Assembly: GCA_040510855.1 (NCBI GenBank) | Contig: JBEVIG010000158.1 | Coordinates: 1-61,473 of the forward strand | Direction of reading: 5' to 3' | DNA length: 61,473 nt | DNA from: Solirubrobacteraceae bacterium | GTDB lineage: Bacteria; Actinomycetota; Thermoleophilia; Solirubrobacterales; Solirubrobacteraceae | In this document: piece by piece, positions 26,016 to 34,100 of the stretch | Layout of the letters: each line of letters opens with the position of its first letter | How positions within the stretch are numbered: position 1 is the first letter of the stretch | The notes under the pieces: model-generated | What the model was told of the DNA's origin: nothing | Database searches by the model: none | What the model saw: the letters and a program-made list of their open reading frames with translations, nothing else | Translations under genes and position numbers: made by a program

Positions 26016-26807
26016 ATGCCGCCCGACCAGCCCTTGCCGACGAGCGTCCGCCGCGCACGGATCCTCGAGCGCATCCAGCGCGTGGGCGGTGCGTCACTGG
26101 CGGAGCTGGCCGCGGAGCACGCCGTGTCCACGATCACCGTGCACCGCGACCTCGAGCAGCTCTCGCGGGACGGGCTCGTCGTGCGCTTTCACGGCGGTGC
26201 GCGCGCCGTCGGCGCGCCGGCGGACTCGCCGCCGGACACGGCGTGGGACCGGCGGCTGCGCGAAGCGCCCGAGGCCAAGGACGCGATCGCGGCTCGCGCA
26301 CGCGCATCGATCCAGAAGGGGGAGACGGTCTTCCTGGACGCGAGCTCGACCGTGTTCGCGCTGGCGCATCGGCTCCAGGAGGAGCCGATCGAGGACCTCA
26401 CGATCGTCACCACCTCGCCCGCGGTCGCCCTCGGCATGGAGGCGGGGTCGGCCCGCATCATCGTGGCGCCCGGAGAGGTCGACCTGCGCATGCGCGCGAT
26501 CGCCGACGGCTGGACCGTCGAGTTCCTGCGCCGCATCAAGCTCGATGTCGCGTTCGTCTCGGGCTCGGGCTTCGACCTCGAGCACGGCCTCACGACCGGG
26601 CGCCGGCCGCTGGCGGACACGATCGCCGCCGTGCGCGAATCGGCCGACCGCGTGATCGCGCTCGTCGACGCCTCCAAGCTCGAGCGGTCGGCGATGGTGT
26701 CGATGCTTCGCGCCGACGAGCTCGACGGGGTCCTGGTCGACGCGGGTGCCAACGCCGGCACGGTCGACGCCTACCGCGCCGCCGGCGTGGACGTCGTGGT
26801 CGCCTGA
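26016..26807 (+). CDS. DeoR-family transcriptional regulator
   Basis: RRARILERIQRVGGASLAELAAEHAVSTITVHRDLEQL HTH plus a sugar-phosphate-binding-type C-terminal domain. Confidence 0.85.
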   Translation: MPPDQPLPTSVRRARILERIQRVGGASLAELAAEHAVSTITVHRDLEQLSRDGLVVRFHGGARAVGAPADSPPDTAWDRRLREAPEAKDAIAARARASIQKGETVFLDASSTVFALAHRLQEEPIEDLTIVTTSPAVALGMEAGSARIIVAPGEVDLRMRAIADGWTVEFLRRIKLDVAFVSGSGFDLEHGLTTGRRPLADTIAAVRESADRVIALVDASKLERSAMVSMLRADELDGVLVDAGANAGTVDAYRAAGVDVVVA

Positions 26808-26834
26808 CCCGGCCGTCCGGCTGCGTGGCGCCGG

Positions 26835-28502
26835 TCAGCGCGGGGGGGCCGTGCCGGCCTCGAGGGCGCGATCCACGTTCGGCGCGAGGTTGTCCTCGCC
26901 GAGGACGTCGAGTGCACCGCTGCGGCGCAACTCGTCGCGCACGCTGCTCTTGGCACGGGCGATGATCAGGCGTGTCCCGCGCCCGTCGAGGGCGTCGTGG
27001 ACGGACCGCAGCGACTGCGCGCCCGTCACGTCCACCTGGCTGACGCCCTCGAAGTCGAGGATGACCAGGTGCGGCGGCGTCTCGGCGGCGCGAACCCGCG
27101 CGAGGAGGTCGTCCTCGAAGATGTCGGCGTTCGCGAAGATCAACTCCGCCTCGAAGCGATGGATCAGCACGCCGGGGATGGGCGTCGCCCCCGGGTCGTC
27201 CTCGAGGTCGCTGAAGCGCGAGCCGTCGCTGCTGCGCCCGAGCGAGGCGATGTGCGGGTGGTCGATCGTGTGGATCAGCATGATGAAGCTGAGGGCGACG
27301 CCGATCGCGACGCCCGGGAGGATGTCGATGAGGATGACGCCGAGCAGGGCGCCGAGGGCCGCCCAGAACTCGAGCGACTGCGCGCGCCAGTACTGCGCGA
27401 TCCGCTCGGGCTTGATCATCCCCGACACCGCCCAGATCACGATCGCGCCGAGGATCGCCTCGGGCAGGTCCTCGAACAGGCCGGCGAGGAACAGGATCGT
27501 GAGCAGCGCCATCAACCCGCTCAAGAGGAACGGGAGCGGAGACTTCGCGCCGACGCGTTCGGCCGTCGCCGACGCCGAGAGCCCGCCGGTGACGGTGAAG
27601 CCCTGGAGCACGCCGGCGCCGATGTTCGCCGCGCCGTAGCCGAGCATCTCGCGGTTCGCGTCGACGGCGTAGTGGTACTTCGCGGCGTAGCTCTTGGCGA
27701 TCGCGAGCGACTGCGCGAGGCCGACGATCACGATCGCGAACGCGCCGGGGAGCAGCTCCACGAGGTCGTTCGCCGAGACGCTCGACCACGAGACGAAATC
27801 GAAGCCCGTCGGCACGTCCCCGACGATCGCCACGCCGTGATCCTTCAGGTTCAAGGCCACCACCGCGAGCTCGGCGACCACGACCACGACCAGCACGCCG
27901 GGGAGCTTGGGCGCGAAGCGCGCGAACGCGAAGAGGGCGGCCAGCCCGGCCACGCCGACGGCCACCGTCGTCCAATCCCACTTCCCGACGTCGGCGATCG
28001 TGTTCACGAGCACCGAGAGCGTGTTGCCGGAGGGCGTGGCGATGCCCACCACCTTCGGCAGCTGGCCGATCGCGATGTAGAGGCCGAGCCCGACGATGAA
28101 GCCATCGAGCACCGGGCGCGCGAAGAACCGCGCGACGAACCCCATCCGGGCGAGCCCGCCCGCGATGTAGATCACGCCCACCATGAGCGTCAGCGCGGAG
28201 GTCAGGGCGACGAACTCGGCCGACGTCGTGCTCGCCGTCGCCACGACCGCCACCGCGGAGGCGGACAGCGTCGCCACCGTCGCGCTGGGGCCGACGAACA
28301 GATGCCGCGAGCTGCCCAGCAGCGCGTAGCCGACGACCGCGAGCGGCATCAGGTACAGGCCGTTCTGGACCGGCACGCCGGCGATCCCGGCGTAGGCCAG
28401 CGACTGCGGGACCATGAGGGCCCAGATCGTCAGCCCCACCATCGCGTCGCCGGCCAGCCACGAGCGATCGTATTCGCGAAGCCATGCGGGAATCAGCCTC
28501 AT
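26835..28502 (-). CDS. SulP-family anion transporter with C-terminal STAS domain
   Basis: 555 aa with PQSLAYAGIAGVP and multiple TM helices. C-terminal STAS region (LVILDFEGVSQVDVTGAQSL). Confidence 0.9.
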   Translation of the reverse strand: MRLIPAWLREYDRSWLAGDAMVGLTIWALMVPQSLAYAGIAGVPVQNGLYLMPLAVVGYALLGSSRHLFVGPSATVATLSASAVAVVATASTTSAEFVALTSALTLMVGVIYIAGGLARMGFVARFFARPVLDGFIVGLGLYIAIGQLPKVVGIATPSGNTLSVLVNTIADVGKWDWTTVAVGVAGLAALFAFARFAPKLPGVLVVVVVAELAVVALNLKDHGVAIVGDVPTGFDFVSWSSVSANDLVELLPGAFAIVIVGLAQSLAIAKSYAAKYHYAVDANREMLGYGAANIGAGVLQGFTVTGGLSASATAERVGAKSPLPFLLSGLMALLTILFLAGLFEDLPEAILGAIVIWAVSGMIKPERIAQYWRAQSLEFWAALGALLGVILIDILPGVAIGVALSFIMLIHTIDHPHIASLGRSSDGSRFSDLEDDPGATPIPGVLIHRFEAELIFANADIFEDDLLARVRAAETPPHLVILDFEGVSQVDVTGAQSLRSVHDALDGRGTRLIIARAKSSVRDELRRSGALDVLGEDNLAPNVDRALEAGTAPPR

Positions 28503-28574
28503 GGCGGGCGACGATACGTGCGGGCCGCCCGGCCGGCGTCATGCCGATCGGGCGATATCGAGATCGGTCCGTCG

Positions 28575-29186
28575 TCAGCGCTCGGTCGCGCGCGCGAGCA
28601 GCTCCGCGCGGGTCGCGTCGTCGAACGCCGGCAGGCTGTACCCGATCAGGTCGGCGCGCACCCGGTCGGTGATCCCGAAGCGCTCCGGACCGGTGAGGCG
28701 CACCAGGGCCGCCAGCACGAAGTCCTGCGAGCGGAAGCCGCGGCGGTAGAAGGGATCCTCGAACCGGCTGTCGTCGTCGAGGTACGGGCGCAGCGCGGCG
28801 CGGACCGCGTCGAGGTCACGCCCTTCCGCCGGATAGCCCTTGTAGCCGCGCCGTCCCAGCAGGTAGGCGGCGGCCGGACGCAGCTCCGGATCCGCGAGCG
28901 CCTCGATCAGCGCCGCGTCGACCGTGGGATCCGAGCGCTTGCCGAGCACGTGCAGGAGCGCCAGCCCGAGGACGCGGTCGTCCGTGGTGCGCGCCTCGGC
29001 GAGCAGCCGCTGCGTGACGGCGGGATCGTCGCTCGAGATCAGCGCGCGGGCCACGTTCGGCTCGTACGGGGTGAACGCCTTCTCGCCGAACCCGACGGAC
29101 TCGCCCGGATCGGCACGGATCGCGGCCAGCTCCTCCTCGAGCTCGCCGGGCAGTCGCGGTGCGTCGTCGTCGCTCAGTGGAGCCAA
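28575..29186 (-). CDS. HEAT-repeat-like hypothetical protein
   Basis: Helical repeats (LGLALLHVLGKRSDPTVDAALIEALADPELRPAAAYLLG). Proposed TTG 29186 overlaps the OmpA-like gene end by 13 nt. The start is uncertain. Confidence 0.5.
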   Translation of the reverse strand: MAPLSDDDAPRLPGELEEELAAIRADPGESVGFGEKAFTPYEPNVARALISSDDPAVTQRLLAEARTTDDRVLGLALLHVLGKRSDPTVDAALIEALADPELRPAAAYLLGRRGYKGYPAEGRDLDAVRAALRPYLDDDSRFEDPFYRRGFRSQDFVLAALVRLTGPERFGITDRVRADLIGYSLPAFDDATRAELLARATER

Positions 29187-30544
29187 ACCTGCACTCGCCG
29201 GTTCTTGCCCTCGTCCTTCCCCGGCTCGGCCTGGACCCGGGCCCAGTCGGCACCGTAGCTCTGGACCTCGAGCCGCGAGGCCTCGATGCCCTTGGAGACG
29301 AGGTAGTCGCGTGCGGCCTGGGCGCGCTTGAGGCTGAGCGCCTGGTTCTGGGCGGCGTTGCCCGTGAGGTCGGCCGCGCCGCCGAGCTGGGCCTTGAGCG
29401 TCGTCTTGGCCTTCATGGTCGTCACGACGCCGTCGAGCTTGGTCTTGTGGTCCGGCTTGAGCTCCGACTTGCCGACGTCGAACTCGTCGAGGATCGCGGC
29501 GTACTTGGCCTCGTAGTAGTGCGCCATCGTCGCGCCCCACTCGTCCGACGGCGCGTCCGTGCAATCAGCGTCCTCGGCGCCCGTCAGCTCGATCGGGGAG
29601 TTCGCCTCGTCCTTGATCTTGAAGCCCCACTTGAGCGCGCCGAGCGGCTCGGCGGTCTCGAGGACCATGGCGACGGTCTCGAACTCGATCGCCACGTCGC
29701 CGAGCCCCTCCCGCGCCCAGGGCGTGCTCGGCGTGTCGTTCATCGTCGCCGACTTCGAGCGGCCGCCCTTCTTCGAGGACCCGACGGCGACCGCGCCGGC
29801 CTCCTTCTTCCACTTCTTCGCGGCCTGATCCCACTCCGCGCCGTAGAAGGGATCGTTCTCCGTGTCGACGGTGTGGTCGACGCGCCGCTTGGAGCCCGGC
29901 TCCTCGAACGGCTCGAACTTGTCCTTGTTCTTCGCGGGGTCGCGCGCCGTGCCGCCGGCGTAGGCGCGCTTGTCGCCGACCTTGTTGAGCACGGTCTGGC
30001 CGAAGGAGACGTTCTTGGCCTCGACCTTGGTGGCGTCGGGCTTGAAGTCGACGTCGGCGCGCGCACTGTCGTGGCTCACCGGGTCGAGCTCCCACTTCAT
30101 CCGGCCCTTCGTGAGCGCCTTGTCGCCGGTCCGCTTCGCCGGCAGCGGGAGGGCCGGGTCGGACGGATCCTTCTCCGTGCCCGGCGCCTCCTCCGTCTCC
30201 GCGGCGGCCGCCGGCGCGAACGCCTGGCCGAGGAGCGCGTTGAGGGCCGGGTCGTCGTTGCCCGCGGCGAAGTAGGAGGAGATCTCGCCGGCCAGGCGTG
30301 GATCCGCCGCGAGCATCGCGCGCAGGCCGGCCGGGCTCCCCGCGCGCTGGGCGAGCGCGGCGACCGGCGAGGCGGCCTGCTGCTGCTCCCCCTCCGGCCC
30401 GCTCACGAGCCGCGCCACCGCGGCGTTGCCGGCACTGCGCTGGAGGCCCAGCACCTGTGCGACCGAGGGTGGGCGGCGTGGCACCGGCGCGGGCGCGACC
30501 GGAGTGGTCTCCACCTCGCTCGCCACCGCCGCGCGGTCGTGCAT
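29174..30544 (-). CDS. OmpA-C-like domain protein with N-terminal LQRSAGNAAV motif and lysine-rich central domain
   Basis: 456 aa. Motif at aa 34-43 (nt 30416-30445). C-terminal OmpA/MotB-type segment LDEFDVGKSELKP..GGAADLTGNAAQNQALSLKRAQAARDYLVSKGI. No signal peptide is evident. Confidence 0.8.
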   Translation of the reverse strand: MHDRAAVASEVETTPVAPAPVPRRPPSVAQVLGLQRSAGNAAVARLVSGPEGEQQQAASPVAALAQRAGSPAGLRAMLAADPRLAGEISSYFAAGNDDPALNALLGQAFAPAAAAETEEAPGTEKDPSDPALPLPAKRTGDKALTKGRMKWELDPVSHDSARADVDFKPDATKVEAKNVSFGQTVLNKVGDKRAYAGGTARDPAKNKDKFEPFEEPGSKRRVDHTVDTENDPFYGAEWDQAAKKWKKEAGAVAVGSSKKGGRSKSATMNDTPSTPWAREGLGDVAIEFETVAMVLETAEPLGALKWGFKIKDEANSPIELTGAEDADCTDAPSDEWGATMAHYYEAKYAAILDEFDVGKSELKPDHKTKLDGVVTTMKAKTTLKAQLGGAADLTGNAAQNQALSLKRAQAARDYLVSKGIEASRLEVQSYGADWARVQAEPGKDEGKNRRVQVWLH

Positions 30545-30690
30545 GGGGACGAGTATCCGCGCGCCGGAGCGGCGGCGTCAACCGCGCAGCCGCGATGTAC
30601 CCGGAATGCTGCCCGGTCGGCCGGGCGACGCGGCGGAGTCGTCCCATTCGGATGATGCAGCGCCGGCGGGCGGGGTGGAGCGTTGCCTAC

Positions 30691-31173
30691 GTGACTTCCA
30701 CCATGCAGCTCCTCGCGTTCCGCTTCGACGCGGCCGCCAGCTACGAGGGACGCCTCGTCGGGGCGCTCGAGCGGATGGAGAGCGGCGGCGCGCTGCGGAT
30801 CGCGGAGGTGCTGTTCGTCGGCCGCGATCCGGAGGGCGGAGAGCTCGTCGCGGTGTCCGGGCGCGGCCGGCAGCAGGGCAGCCTCGTGGCCTCCCTGCTG
30901 GGGTTCCGGCTCGAGCCGGCCGAGCGGAAGCGTGCCACGGAACGCGCGCTTCAAGCCTTCCAGCACGACGACGGGCGCAACCAGCTGGACGAGCTGGCGA
31001 AGGATCTGCCGGCCGGGGGCGCGATCGCCGCCGTCCTGATCGAGCATCGCTGGGCGGAAGCGCTCAACGCCGCCGTCGGCGAGATGGGCGGCCGGGACCT
31101 GCTCGGCGAGTTCGTCGACGCGACGGAGCTCAGCGCACTCGTTCCGCGGATCGCCTCCGCCGCGCAGGGCTAG
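30691..31173 (+). CDS. Hypothetical protein (DUF1269/DUF6325-like by eye)
   Basis: MQLLAFRFDAAASYEGRLVGALERMESGGALRIAEVLFVGRD. GTG 30691 lies behind GGTGGAG; alternative ATG 30703. Confidence 0.55.
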   Translation: MTSTMQLLAFRFDAAASYEGRLVGALERMESGGALRIAEVLFVGRDPEGGELVAVSGRGRQQGSLVASLLGFRLEPAERKRATERALQAFQHDDGRNQLDELAKDLPAGGAIAAVLIEHRWAEALNAAVGEMGGRDLLGEFVDATELSALVPRIASAAQG

Positions 31174-31176
31174 CCG

Positions 31177-34100
31177 TCAGCGCGGAGGATCGAGCCGCGC
31201 GCGCTCGGCGAGCAGCTCGAGCTCCCGGAGCAGCGGTCGCGCTCCCATACGCGCCGCGACGGCGTTCGCGCTCCTGAGGGGGGCGGCTGCGTCTGCGCCG
31301 GCGGCGACCAGCGCCTCGGCCTGGCGCCAGCGACAGGAGGCAGCCAGCGGCGGGCGCTCGAGCTGTTCCCAGACGACCGCCGCCTCCGACCAGGCCTCGG
31401 GTCCCGCCCTGTCCCAGGCCCGCTCGTGCTCGACCTCGGCCAGCGCCCGCCAGCCATCCGCGTTCGGCGTCACCGGGGCGGCCTCGGTGGCGGCGCGGCG
31501 CGCGGCGGTGCGGAGCTCCCGCGCGCGGGCCCGATGGCCCTCCAGGGCGTCGGCGTCACCGCGGTCGCGTGCCAGCGCCGCCAGCTCGGCCTGCGCACGC
31601 AGACCGTGCGCGCAGAGCTGGACGCGATACAGGGCGGCGTCGCGAGCGCGCGCTCGTGCGAGGCCCTCGCCGACCATCGCGTCGGCGTCCGTCCAGCGGC
31701 CTTCCGAGAGGGCGAGCTCGGCGGCGAGCGGATCGTAGGTCAGCGAGCCGCGCTCGTCCTCGCGGACGCTCACGAGCGCCGCCTCGAGGTGGGCGCGGGC
31801 TGCGTCGAAGTCGCCGCGACCCGTCTCGAGCTCGGCGCGTCTGATCAGCGCGATGTGCGGCCAGTTGGCCGTGTTCAGGCGCAGTGCCGCGGCACTGACG
31901 CGGTCGGCCTCGTCCCACTCACCGGTCGCGACCAGCGCTTCGACCTGGTTGGCGATGAGCGGGCCGTACTCGATGCCGTAGCGCCGGATGACCTCGACCG
32001 CTTCGGCCGCGAGACGGGCCGACTCCCGCGGCCTGCCCAGCATCGTCAGCACGTCGGTGAGCCAGACGTACGCCCGATCCAGATCCTGGGGCGCTCGGGT
32101 CTCCTCGGCCACCCGCAGCGTCTGCCGGAGCGTCGCGAGGCCGGCTTCACCGTGGCCCAGGTAGGCGAGGTCGACTCCGAGCGCGCCCAGCGCCCGGACC
32201 TCGGCTGCGCGTGAACCGACCGCGCGGGCGAGCTCGACGGCCTGCCGGCAGATCGCCTGCGACTCGTCATGGCGCCAGGTCAGCATCAGCGCGTGACCGA
32301 GCGCCGCCAGCACCTGCGCACGCTCCGGCGACGGTGGCGCCGGCGGCACGAGCTCGACGCCTCGCTCGAACGCGAGGACGGCCGCGTCGCGACAGCCGGC
32401 GAACAGCAGATGGCGGCCGAGCGCCGCATGCAGGAGCCCCGCGCGCACCGGATCGCCGTCGCCGGCGAGCGCGACGGCTTGCTTGCCGAGCTCGACGGCG
32501 CGCGGTGCCGCACCGGTCAGGACGGCCTGCTCGGCGGTCCAGGCCGAGAGCTCGGCGAGGTCGAGCCCGGCGAGCTGTGCGGCGTCCGGCACGTCGGGCC
32601 ACAGCGTGAGCGCGCGCTCGAGGTGCGCCAATGCCTCGGCGAGGCCGAAGACCGCCTCGGCCTCGCGCGCCGCCTCGATCGACGCGACGAGCGCCTCCTT
32701 GCGCCGGCCCGCCGCCGCCCAGTGCGGCGCGAGCTCGCCCGCGGCCGCCGGTGGATCGCCGCGTGCCAGCGCGTCGGCGAGCCGCGCGTGCAGCTCCTCG
32801 CGCTCGCCCGGCAGCAGCGTGCCGGAGATCGCCTCGGCGAGCAGGGCGTGGCGGAAGCGAAAGCCGTCCTGATCGGCGACGAGGACACCGTGCTCCACCG
32901 CGCGTCGCAGCGATTCGCGAACGCTCTCCTCCGGGAGCGCCGCCGCCTCGACCAGCGGCCGGTAGCCGACGTCGCGCCCGGCCGTGGCCGCGAGACGCAA
33001 CACGGCCTTCGTCCGCCGGTCCAGGCGCGTCACCCGTCGCAGCAGCAGCTCGCGCAGGCCGGACGGCAGCTCGCCACTCTGGTCGCCCGCGGCGGCCAGG
33101 AGCTCCTCGGCGATGAACGGGTTGCCCTCCGAGCGGGCGACGATCGCGTCGACCACCGCCGGTGCGGTGGCGCCCGCCAGAGCCTCGATCAGCGCCTCCA
33201 GCTCGTCCGGTGCGAGCGGATCGAGCTCGAGCATCAGCGCCGTGCCGGAGCGTCCCACGCTGTCGGCGAGCCGGCCGACCCGCTCCGCCGACGCGGGCTC
33301 GTCTGCGCGGTAGGTCGCGAGGAGGACGACGCAGCGCTCCTCGAGGTTGTGCGCGAGGTAGGCGACGAGGTCGAGCGTCGACGTGTCCGCCCAGTGCAGA
33401 TCCTCGAGGACCAGCAGCACCGGCGCCCGCGCCGCGAGGCCATCGAGCAGCGCCAGCGTCTGCTCGAACACGCGCAGCTGCGAACCGGCCGAGCGCGCGT
33501 CGACGAAGGCGAGCTCGCCCCCGCGCGAGCGCAGCGCGTCGACGAACGGCTGGTAGGGCAACTCCGTGCCGACGAGATCGAGGCAGCGCCCGACGAGCAC
33601 CTGGAAGCCGGCGTCGCCGGCGTGCCGCGCGAGCTCGCCGACGAGCCGGGTCTTGCCGATCCCGGCCTCACCCGCGACCAGCACGGCTGACCCCGTACCC
33701 GACCCGGCCCGCCGCAGCGCGCGCTCGAGTCGCTCGAGCTCTTCGGCGCGCCCGATCATCGGCCCGTCCCGCTCGGGGCCGACGACGCTCAGCAGGCGCC
33801 GGTCGCCCGGGATCCCGGGCGGGGATCGGCTCCCGCGATCGGCGAACTCGAGCCCGGACCCGGCGACGAGGTCCGTGACGGTCTGCGACACGAGCACCTC
33901 GCCGGAGGCGGCCGCGGCGGCCGCACCGACCGCGCTGTCGAGGGCGACACCATGAGCCCGGCCACCGACTATCTCGACCTCGCCGGTGTGCACGCCGGTA
34001 CGGGCCTCGATGCCGAGCGCCTTGATCGCGTCGTTGACGGCGGTCGCGTAGCGGACGGCTCTCGCGGGACCGTCGAAGGACGCGACGATCCGATCGCGAG

